NCBI GenBank assembly: GCA_009602725.1
Contig: WELB01000031.1
Span: forward strand, 697,512 to 757,723
Direction of reading: 5' to 3'
Source of the DNA: Spirogloea muscicola
Taxonomy: Eukaryota
DNA length: 60,212 nucleotides
Below are positions 49,363 through 60,212 of the stretch, in pieces. Each line of letters starts with the position of its first letter. Position 1 is the first letter of the stretch. A program made the position numbers and the translations under genes. Below the pieces are notes generated by a model. That model worked only from the letters and a program-made list of their open reading frames with translations. It was not told the origin of the DNA and searched no databases.

Positions 49363-52300
49363 TCATCGCATACTGCTGGTGCCATAGTAAGCCCTCCAAG
49401 ACTCGGGGAGGGCCATATTCACAACGCCCATCACCTCGCTCACATCAATGTCAATTGCACTCCGCATGTCCCCGGTCCCGGCGACCATGTAAAAGGGCAT
49501 GTGGACAGAGTCTGCAAGGTAGTGGTAGCGGACATTGACATAATTGCTGGCTCGCAGCTCCAGGACACTCGTACCCTCTCTCATGTGAACCTGCAGTGGG
49601 ACGCATGTGTACATGCGTCACGATCAGTAGGCCAAGCCAGAAGGGTCCGATGACCGATCAGCAATGTGCACTTGGCGTCGAGAGGAGGAAAGCTGAATCC
49701 AGTTAAAGTGGGCGGCCAAGCTTACCATGTTGGTGAGCCCTGCCCCATGCGGACCCATCAGGAGGACTGCATCGGAGAGCATAGCACGCAACTCCGGCAG
49801 AGGTTCTGTTCCATAAAACGTGACGACCTTGTCCTGCCCGTACTTCTTCTTCAGCTTTGCAAGGATAGTAGCCTCCTGCAGCACCACCCACGACCCTGTG
49901 TTACTCTGCTGCCCCGCAAGTGACTCCATGGCAAACTACATGTGTTGGGTGATGCAGAGTTGCCGTACTCGAGCTCATGCTCATGCAAGGTGACCTGATT
50001 GACAGCTCTCCACAGCGAGCTCTCCCGCCTGTAGAATACAATCTTGCCAGGCGGCTGCTTCTTTCCTGAGCCTGAGCTCTGCTCCAGTGGCTCCATCGGG
50101 ATTTTGAGGAACTGACCTCGCAAAGCCTGCAGGTGACGGGCTACCACAAATGTTAGACCACATCTGCGTCTTCAGCAACATCAACCTCCCTCTCACAGCT
50201 ACTTTGCCATGTCAGTCTGCTGGACAACATAGGACACCCCAATGTAACTAGACCTCGATGCAGATGTAAATGACGCCCTGGAAGAGCCGCCAAGAAAGGA
50301 GTGTAAGCACCCACTCCAGACACGCTTTCGTCCTCCAGAAAGGCATCGTGACGAGCACAATTGGTCAAGCAGCAATGAAGTACCTTCAGGACACTGCCAC
50401 TTGGGCGCCCGCAAAGACATCGGCCAGGCATAATGAGCCTCTCCGCAAAGAAAATCCCTGGCAGGGCAAAAAGGGCATTGGCAGACTATATGAGGTACGA
50501 TTAGACCCAAGCCCCTGTGCATCCAGAAGTCAACTGCTCAAGACCCAGGCAATGCTGCAAAAGAGAAAGGCGAGGCTAGAGCTCCACGCGGCCCACAATC
50601 ATGATGCCTCGAAGAGAACAGTACCAGTGCTGCCTGCGAGGTAGTAGGCATTGAGCTTTCCTTCCGGGTAACCCATAACGTCTAGCCATTCAGACAAGGG
50701 CGCTGTTACGTCCTGCTCGACAATTCCAGCCAGCCCACGACCGTATGCTCAGCCTCAGGATCTCAAGCACCTCCATGCAATTCTACACTTGATCACATGG
50801 AACCGAGGACTAACGACCTCCTCTATCAAGCGACTGAATGCAGATACACGCAGTGCATGTCACACCTGCTTGATGTGGAAGGCAACTGGGATCGTCGGGT
50901 AGGCTTGCAAGAGCGGGTGGACTGTTACGAGCTCGATCACCGACTCACTAACTGCACACATGAAAGCTTCATAGGCTGGTGACAGGGTTTCCGGTGGGGG
51001 GGAAAGAGATACCGAAGCGGCCGTTCTGTCCGGCCAAGTGCGTTCACAACCAGACGAAAGTCGGACCGCAAGGAGAGATCCGACATCCACGCCGTCCGGC
51101 ACTGTGTCCCCTGTGCGACACAGAGGCATGCACGTGCCATGCAACCCTCCCCGAAGCTGCTCATCGTGATTTGGGAGCTGCCTTACCTGCATGATAAAAG
51201 TTTTTGCTCGTGACGGAGATGAGGTTGACGAGGGTCTTGAATTGGTAGACCTTGGTCGCGCTCGTGTGGTGGAAGTGGTCACTCGCGCTGCAACCGCCCG
51301 CCATGAAGTGGTGCGTTTCGTTGAAGACCTGGCCCTTGTGATTGATGTACACGTTTTCCATCACGAAGTTGTTGCCCTCGTAGTCAGGCTGGTACACTCG
51401 CTCGTCCTCGGCCCTGGGCGGTTTGTTGAGAGGTGGCTCCCCTTTCCAGTTTGACTCAAAGAGCTCGGGGTTCCTGCACTTGCCGAGATGCTTGGAGTCA
51501 GAGCGACTGCGTGCGGTCACATTGACGAGGCATGATGTGATCGGCACAGTCTTGGCAGGTCCAGTCAGACTCCCCTGTGGGACTCACACCATCTACTCTT
51601 CCCCAGCCTTATGCAACCCCACGCGCGTAGACCGACCACCCTGCTCAAGCATCGGCACCAGCGAGTAAGTCAAGCTGGATGGTCAGGTCAAGAACAGCTT
51701 GATCGACCTGCACATTCCATTCACCATCTGCCGCTCTCGGACACATCTTCCAAAGTTGGGGCACTCCAGAGCCTCGCAATTCTCTGCAGTAAAACGACTG
51801 CCCACGTGAGACACTGTAGGGACCACATACCCATCAGACCAAGTCCGACAACCTGTTATCTAGTCAGTCAGCCGCGAGCGTGCCGGTTAAGCAAGGTTGG
51901 ACCGACAATCAGCAGCACATGCAGCCCCTACTCGACTACAGTTTGTGATGCAAGTCCTCAAACCATAAGCTCCGGCTTGACTATGCGCTCCAAAACCTGC
52001 GCGGCACAGCAGCTCCTTTCAGGTGCCTGGGACACGGACACTGACCTTTTGGGTTTGGTTTCTCTGCGCTCCTGTCCATCATGTAGTAGTTTCGATGGAG
52101 GACAATGTTCGTCAGTTTCTTCTTCTCTATCTCAGTTTCCAGCCTCTTCCAACCCGTGTGAGTCTCTGAGAGCCTCGTCCCAGGTAATATTGAGTAATCA
52201 TTGGGACCCGTGAGCTTCTCCAGCTGCCTCATTGCCGACTCCGCCTCTTCCCTGCAATGCAACACTTCGAAGCAAGATTCTTCACGGATCCATCAAAGAG

Positions 52301-53630
52301 GGCGAACATGGGGAGTAAGCTTGACACTTGGGAGCTGCATGTGTTATTCGACGAGCTACTGGGGGAGGGACGACCTTCCCATATGCTAACAGGCATCCAC
52401 ACACCTGTCCAGCTTCACAATGTTCACTGCCGCCTGCCACATCCGCTTTGTGACGAGAGGCGTGGCATCGGCGGCAATCTTCGCCAGGGCCTCTGCGACG
52501 GCCTCGCTGAACTCTGGCGCAATCTCGGGATCGTGGGGTCTGCCCCCCAATTTCTTGGCCTGCCTCTCCACGAGGCGGTTGATCACCAGCTCAGTCGGGT
52601 CCTTCACTCGGCCAAGCACCACACATGCACATCGTGCAGAACGCGACTGCTTGTCAGCCAGCTCCGGCACGCTGCACCAATCGGAGGGAAGCAGGCCTTC
52701 CGGCCAGTAGTAGCCGAGAGAGCAAGCGGCGCATCTCACACGCCCTCAAGCAAGACAACATGTGGCCAGCATCAATCGTCTGCAGCCCCGTGCAGTCAGC
52801 TCGAGGGCCAGCAAAGACTGTGGTGGCCGGGGCAAGACCTCGAGACAAGGCCTCCCATCAGGGGCGGGGCGCGACAGTAACATGGGATGCATACCGACAA
52901 GCCCGTCATGGCGCTCTGCTCCAGTGAAGTGGCAGGGAGCCCCGTGTGCAGTGGGCATTGCGCCGCATGCAAGCTCGGAGCGGTGGTGGAGGAGAGGAAG
53001 ATGGGAGGTGCAGATCAGACCTGCAGCCTGTGGCCGGGGGGATGGATCTCGAGGCTGCTCGCGCCGCCGCTGGGGAGCTCGGCCTGGGGGCCCATGACGG
53101 GCCACAGCCTCTCCACTCCCAGCACAAACAGCGCCGTCAGGATGCAGGTGAGGACCTGCATTACGCGGCGGCGGCCGGCGCATCAGCCGGGCACTGCCGC
53201 AGTGGCGACGACTCATGACTGGCAATGCAGCGGCCTCAGGACGACACCACTGGGGTCCCAAGCAGCGACAGCCGCCAACTGCAGGCATGAGTGCCATGGA
53301 GGAGATCGCCACGACGCACGCCACGCAGCGCTGGGCAACCAGACCACCGGAAGATCGGCCATACTGCGCGCCGGCGCCGGATCTCGCGGCGGCCGGATGA
53401 CGGATACGAGGCGGATGAGGCGAATGACGGATCGACGGCGGGAAGGGGGCGGGGGTGGCAAGATCAGCGGCGGGAGGACGCACTCGGGGCAGGCGGCGGC
53501 GCACCTGGGGGCCGCCGGCGGTGGCGTAGAAGAGGTTCTGGAAGAGGCCGGCGGGGCCGTGCTTCGCGGCGGGCTTCATGAGGCCGTCCTTGAGCAGTCC
53601 CGTGGGCGTCGCCGGCTGCCGGACCACCAT
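49363..53630 (-). CDS. Glycosyltransferase family 61 (DUF563)-like type II membrane protein
   Basis: N-terminal TM exon VLTCILTALFVLGV, NFYHA/VIEL, FFAERLIMPG, IVFYRRE..RAVNQ/EATI, and the GT61 signature LLMGPHGAGLTNM/VHMREGTSVLEL. Confidence 0.82.
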
Positions 53631-54618
53631 CAATCGGCAGCGCCGTCGCCACCGGCGGCGCGCCGGGTGGTTGGTGAGCGGGCGAGCTCCGCCGCCGCAG
53701 CCGCCGCCGTCGCCGCCGCGGCCGCTCGGNNNNNNNNNNNNNNNNNNNNNNNNNNNNNNNNNNNNNNNNNNNNNNNNNNNNNNNNNNNNNNNNNNNNNNN
53801 NNNNNNNNNNNNNNNNNNNNNNNNNNNNNNNNNNNNNNNNNNNNNNNNNNNNNNNNNNNNNNNNNNNNNNNNNNNNNNNNNNNNNNNNNNNNNNNNNNNN
53901 NNNNNNNNNNNNNNNNNNNNNNNNNNNNNNNNNNNNNNNNNNNNNNNNNNNNNNNNNNNNNNNNNNNNNNNNNNNNNNNNNNNNNNNNNNNNNNNNNNNN
54001 NNNNNNNNNNNNNNNNNNNNNNNNNNNNNNNNNNNNNNNNNNNNNNNNNNNNNNNNNNNNNNNNNNNNNNNNNNNNNNNNNNNNNNNNNNNNNNNNNNNN
54101 NNNNNNNNNNNNNNNNNNNNNNNNNNNNNNNNNNNNNNNNNNNNNNNNNNNNNNNNNNNNNNNNNNNNNNNNNNNNNNNNNNNNNNNNNNNNNNNNNNNN
54201 NNNNNNNNNNNNNNNNNNNNNNNNNNNNNNNNNNNNNNNNNNNNNNNNNNNNNNNNNNNNNNNNNNNNNNNNNNNNNNNNNNNNNNNNNNNNNNNNNNNN
54301 NNNNNNNNNNNNNNNNNNNNNNNNNNNNNNNNNNNNNNNNNNNNNNNNNNNNNNNNNNNNNNNNNNNNNNNNNNNNNNNNNNNNNNNNNNNNNNNNNNNN
54401 NNNNNNNNNNNNNNNNNNNNNNNNNNNNNNNNNNNNNNNNNNNNNNNNNNNNNNNNNNNNNNNNNNNNNNNNNNNNNNNNNNNNNNNNNNNNNNNNNNNN
54501 NNNNNNNNNNNNNNNNNNNNNNNNNNNNNNNNNNNNNNNNNNNNNNNNNNNNNNNNNNNNNNNNNNNNNNNNNNNNNNNNNNNNNNNNNNNNNNNNNNNN
54601 NNNNNNNNNNNNNNNNNN

Positions 54619-54719
54619 GCGGGCGCGGCGGACGTGGCGGCCAACGCCGTGCTGCTGGGCGCTGCCGCGCTGGGCCTGCTCGCCAAGTACCTGACCGTGG
54701 ACCAGGACCACTGGCAGGT

Positions 54720-54751
<32 letters not shown>

Positions 54752-56593
54752 TACGATGGGCCGCACCCACGTGCCGCAGCGGGCAGGGCCGCCGGGCGCT
54801 GACCGCGGCGGCGTGCGCTGCCGGGCGCGCACTTGCAGACAATGACGGTGCTGGACGTGCTGAGCCGCGCGCCGAGCGACAACTGGCACGGCTACGAGGC
54901 GATGCTGGCCACCAACCCGGTGCTGGCCAAGATGATGATCAGCGGCGCCGTGTACGCGCTCGGCGACTGGTGCGCCCAGGTGGGCCGCCGCCGCCAAGGC
55001 CGCGCCGCGGCCCTGCGAGCTCGCAAGCACGGCTCCTCCAATAGACGGCGATGGCTGCTATCGGCCAGCCCAGAAAACAGAAATATCAAATGAAGTCTCC
55101 ACTAGTTATGCAGCTTGAGCTGCATGATCAGTGAAGGTCAGAAAAGCGTCAGAGCACACAGCGACTCGAGTGGCAATTGCGTGCTCGAGCTCGGGCTCGC
55201 TCGATCGAGCGAGCCGTACAAGACCCCAGCCTCCCGGCTGACCCGATTGACGACGGCCCGGCCGTGTGGGTGCCGCCCCTGGCGCGGTGCAGTGCGTGGA
55301 GGGCCGGCCGCTGCTGGCGTTCGACCGCGTGCGCATGCTGCGCTCGGGCCTTGTCGGTTTCTGCCTCCACGGCTCCCTCTCGCACTTCTACTACCACTTT
55401 TGCGAGGTGCCCCTCCGACGACCGCCGCCCCTGTGCGGTGGCCAGGATCACCGCCAGGGCCTCGCTGCCTTGGCCTGCCGCTACCGGAGGCAGTTCCGGT
55501 GTGACGGGGTTCTTCCGGCTGGCCGTCCTCACTCTGCTCTTGGCTCACACGCGAGCGCCAATGCACACGGCATCGCTGCGTGCAGCCCGATGAGGTCGTC
55601 GACTGATGCGACCATCTGGTTCGCTCTGTCGGCGCTGCAGTGGCTGTTCCCTTTCAAGGACTGGTGGGTGGTCCCCGTGAAGGTCGCGTTCGACCAGACG
55701 GTCTGGTCGGGCATCTGGAATAGTATCTACTTTGTCGTGCTCGCCTCGCTACGGCTCGAGCCGCCGGCGAGCACAGCGCGAGAGCTCAAGGCCACCTTCT
55801 TGCCTATGCTGGTTGTGAGTGACTCTGCGCCTCGCTCCACCCTCGCCCGGCCGCCGGATGCCGGCCTTGGCTGCCAGGCCTGGCTCTTGCTGGCGCATGC
55901 TGTTGAGCCGGCGGCGTAGGAGCTGGTGGTTTCATAGTGTTCGGTCAAGTTTATGCTTGTTGATACAGCCCCATACACTTTCAGAGGTTCAAAGCAGAAT
56001 TGTATCGCACTCTAGGTCGTACATGGACCACCAAGTGATTCTAATTGACACGCTCTCCATTGCAGGCTGGTTGGAAGCTCTGGCCGTTTGCGCACGTCAT
56101 CACCTACGGTGTAATCCCGCTTGAGCAGCGCCTCCTGTGGGTGGACATGGTGGAGCTCGTGTGGGTCACCATCCTGTCCACGTGAGGCGCTTGACCCACT
56201 GACGTGAACGCCACAGGGCTGCTCATCTGACCAGGACTTCACTGCACGCATGCAGTCCATTGTGTATGGAGAACGCCTTCGCTGTATGATGATTATGCTG
56301 TCTCTTTACATCTGAGTGCAATATGGGAAGGTGTACATGGCCCTACAGTCTTTGTCCTGAACTTCATTCTGCTGAAGCAAAGGTTGCACGCACTTCATCC
56401 AACCTAGCAGTAGGTGGGCAGGACTGTGGTGTCACCAAGCGTTCTTTCGCTTCTTGCATTCCTGACCTGCAGGCTGGCGAATCAGGGTGAGGTTAAGACA
56501 GTCGAGGGCCTGCAAGGCCCTGCCGAGGTGCCGGTGATGGTCGAGTCGCTGTCCTTCACGCCTCCCCTCATCCAGGAGAAGGTCAGAAAGTGA
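54619..56593 (+). CDS. Mpv17/PMP22 family membrane protein; 5' end in gap
   Basis: NPVLAKMMISGAVYALGDWCAQ, FDRVRMLRSGLVGFCLHGSLSHFYY, VKVAFDQTVWSGIWNSIY, AGWKLWPFAHVITYGVIPLEQRLLWVD. Confidence 0.93.
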
Positions 56594-57509
56594 TGCAGCG
56601 GACCATGCGCGACTGGCAGTGGCTTGGTGCTGCTGCTCATCTGGCTGGTGCAGAATCTTGTTTGCAATCTGAGGCATAAGTCAAGTACGAGCTTGTGCCT
56701 GCCCGAAGAAGCTTTCCAGCATCCAGGGATTGTACAGTTGCAATGTAGAGAAGATTGTTTTGAGGTCTGCTCTACTTATGATACAAATTTACTTGTTGCC
56801 TGAGCAGGGCATGAATAACTCCACGTATGACGGTGATTGACGCTGGCTAGAGACAGGTAGATGCTGCTTCACTAAGACGACCCATGGGTATATTTACTTG
56901 CATGGGTGCTTAGAGTTGATGCTTTGGCAGCTTTGTCTGTGGGAAGCAATTTTAGAAATTCTGTTGCTTAGAGCAAGCTCACTTCAGTCACATGCTCAGC
57001 AAAGTGTTGGAGTACAAGTTGACATGCTTTTCATTGTGACAGCTTGTTTATAGCAGGAGCGGAAGACCCTGTGGAGATATTGCCATGCCTTGGTTGATAC
57101 CTGAAGCACAGCTCTGAATATGGAGGCGCACAGCAACAGCAACGTCAATGCAAGTGTTGGTTGCTCTTCCCCTTGCTCATAATTGCTGATCAAAGTCCAA
57201 GTATTAGGTTATTAATTTACCTACTAGGGCAGAACCGCCAGTAGCACTATATTATGGAGCAGAGTCACTACACTGGCCAGATTAACTCAACTCATTTGTC
57301 GTCATTGGATCACAATGTCAAGATGCATAAGCCACCGGTGCCTCAGCCCCAGGCTTAAGTAGGCGCAAATGGTGTTGATGTATATTTACCCTCAGCTCCA
57401 AATTTAAGGCTTGCTATTGCAAGTTGGATATCTGGGCAAGTGGCCTCCATTGAGGCTGGACATTTGACGACCACTTATATTTAACAAGACTGGAATGTGA
57501 AATGGCGAT

Positions 57510-60212
57510 TCATCTAGTAGAGCCAATACTCCTCTCAACCATGGGTCCTTGTGACCTCTTCCAAGGAGGGCTGTCATTTGGTGACCTTTCGGTGACAATT
57601 GGTCCAGGACTGTCACGCAAGCTCGTAAGGTCGGGCGTAGCGTGCTTCACTTGGACACTCCCCTGCAGCCGGACCTTTTCTGTTTCCGGCGTCCACCCAC
57701 ATTCCTGCTTGTGCTCGCGCTCGTAGCAGTCCTCTTTGCAGTGTCCTGCAGCTCAAAGTGAACAATTGCAATGCTCGAGACCCTCATCAGGAAAGCCATC
57801 CATGCCTCTCGACTACACAACCAGTCTGCAATACTGCGAATTCTTGCATGCCCGCAATACTGCTTATGAAAGACAGATGTGCGCGTGTGTGAATGCGCTG
57901 AATTGGATCAGGGCCCACCTTCTTGTGCTGCATGTATGCGGCGCGGCCCCTGAGCTGTTGGCTGCCTTTACAGTAGACCTGGAGCTTGCCAGGCAACAGA
58001 TTGAGCGCCCAAGCCGCAGAATAAGTGATACGGCTATCAGAGTAAGAGTTCAAGGTCAAGGTAGAGGACATAGACTCAGATTCTAAGTCAAGCCAAGGAG
58101 TGACCCCTGAGCTCATAACCCTGGGCCCTGGTTGCCCACTTGATGACAGCTCAGGCAGACCAGGACAGGTGATGCAGCACGAGGCGACACTTTTGCTCGG
58201 CAGTGTGCTCCTTCTGCGGCACCTTGCGGCCTCGCCGGGAGCTCCAGCGCCCCTTGTCTTTGGACTGCCGCCGAGCTGTGCCAGTTTCTCCGCCTCTGCT
58301 TGCTGCACGATGGTCGGCCCTGCAGGGAACAGGGCAACCTTGACGTTGCTGAGCAAGACGACACACCTCGAGATAAACGACTGCCAAGCCAGTCGCAAGG
58401 AGGCTGCGGTCTAAACCACAGCCGACACAGGCAGCAACGACGTGGGACAAGGAGGATCCCAGCCACTACCTGGCCGGGGTTGTGGCACGCCGTCGTGGCG
58501 TGCCTGTTGGCGCGTCAACGAATTGGCTGAGGTAGTCGACATAGACCGGCTCGCCGCTACCATCCCCGTCCCTGGCCAGCTGGTCCACCGACCGGAAGTG
58601 CGGCAGCCTTGCCATCAAGAGCGCTGAGAGCTCCTCCTCGTCCTGCGCACGAGTCCTTGATGACGGCAACGTTTAGCTAGCTCCAGCGCTGCACGGGCAT
58701 GGCCACCAGCTCCCTACAGCGCTGCTGAGGGGTACCTGTCGCATCGCGTGGGCCCCACGTCTGTGACAGCGCTGCAGGTCGTCCATGTCGTGGAAGGCCC
58801 TCGACCAGTCGTCGTCGTGCTCGGCATCCGGGCCCTCACCTGCGCTGATCCGGTGAATCAAGCGACGTCAGCCCTCCTGCGGCACTCTGAAGCGAAGTTG
58901 CAGCTGAGCGCGCCTGCAGTTGCTGGTGCACCTTGCCGCCTACCTTTGCAAGACGGCGCTTGTGAAGGGCACCGCCGGCGGGTGTGCCGACAGCTGGCCA
59001 GGGCTGCCGGTGCGGCGCGTGTTGCCGCCAGGCTCGACCATGACGCTCGGCGTTCTGTGACAGGAAATCGAGAGGGCTCAGTGTGCCAACAGGAAGTTGT
59101 GGATTAGCATGGCAGATCGGCGGCGGCGGCCATTTGATGATATGTTGACCTGCAATACTGCTCTGCAAAGACTAGCTGCCGACTACGGAAGACGCTTGCC
59201 TACTTCCAACGCGGCCCCGCACCGCATTCCGGTGTCAACCAGCGGACTCATGTCATGCGACGACGCCTCCTCAATGTCGTCCTCGTCAAGCGAGCCGCTC
59301 ATAGACAGCACCGCCAGCGGCCATGTGCTGCCAAGTGAGCCGCTGACACTCAGCGACAGGCGCCGCCTTCCGCTGCCGCCAGCGTCCTCCATGCCACCGG
59401 CTGGCTGCGAGAGCCGCGAGGCCGGCGAGCTGCTGCAAGCAGTGGTGGTGGTGGTGGCGGCCGAAGCCTGCCCCTTCCGGAGGCGCCTGAAGGCCCTTGT
59501 CGGCGGAGGATCTGCGCCGCCGCCGCCGCCGCCATGCAGCAACTAGTTCGCATCGGCCACGGCCATACTTGTGCTTCAATGTGAGCTCTGCAAGCAAGCT
59601 CTGCCACACGCGGGAGGCAGCTGGATGCAGACAACTGGCGTCGTCGGGCGGCTATGGCTGCTCACTCGGAAGGACGTAGAGATCTGGGGACTCAGCGCAC
59701 CCCGGCGGGCTGCACGGGGCTGCTGGCGCTGGCCGCCATGCCTGCCGCTCTGCGTCTCCTGCGTCGCCTCCCTGGCTGCCATCCTCGCGATCGCGATCCT
59801 CGCGATCCTCAGGCCGACTCGAGTGCCGCCGGAGCTCGGCGGCATCTCTGACAGCCGGCGGCGGCGGCGGCGGCGCCCTGCACAGCGCGCACGTCAGAGG
59901 AAAGCGGTGCAGCAGCCGCCGCCGCGAGCGCGTGCAGAGCTCGGCGCGCAGCACGGAGCCAGAGGCCGACGATCACACCAGTCGGCGCTATGCGTCTCGC
60001 TGGCCGGCACCCGCGGCGGCTTCTGCGCGTCGCCGTCGGGGCTGAGGACGATGTAGTCGGCGGCGCTGCCGTCGGCCGCGCTGTGCGCCGGTGTCTCCCA
60101 CCAGCCGCCGCAGCTGGTGCCGGCGCTGCCGCTGTGCAATGGCGCTCGGCCTTGCCGGTCATCCGCGGGGAGTGCGGGCGTCCGCGGCGACAGCGCCACG
60201 CCGCATCCGGCG
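57510..60212 (-). CDS. Uncharacterised multi-exon, largely low-complexity protein
   Basis: Spliceable segments LMARLPHFRSVDQL..EPVYVDYLSQF and KGRWSSRRGRK/VYCKGSQQLRGRAAYMQHKK/DTAKR..STR*. The 5' exon structure is unresolved. Confidence 0.55.

Noticed and set aside
57736..58086. Helical-looking + strand ORF
   Set aside because: Overlaps minus-strand exons with proper splice sites and has no independent support.

Overview
This is a eukaryotic, intron-rich, GC-rich scaffold with four N-gaps. Its gene set is land-plant-like, which points to a streptophyte alga (inference). I can support about 13 spliced host genes: SC35, a BEACH-domain BChC-type gene, a UCP3-like mitochondrial carrier, enolase, ATG5, a trigger-factor N-domain protein, an S1-domain RNA-binding protein, an endonuclease-I-like fragment, a TM/zinc-ribbon protein, organellar L32, a GT61 glycosyltransferase, Mpv17/PMP22 and an uncharacterised gene. 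The main accessory signal is a family of CRE-like non-LTR retrotransposons (RT plus restriction-like endonuclease). One near-full-length, frameshifted copy lies between the divergent ENO and ATG5 genes. At least 13 5'-truncated or 3'-end copies from several subfamilies occur, mostly in three hotspots (about 3.5-4.6 kb, 33.5-33.9 kb and 46.6-48.6 kb). The copies share a 3'-terminal hairpin and a short TTC tail, and six show 6-10 bp target-site duplications. Two are inserted into GGGCTGGCCTYTCCCAG, a sequence resembling the family's own 3' hairpin, which suggests self-targeting. Family and homologue names come from recalled motifs, not from searches.
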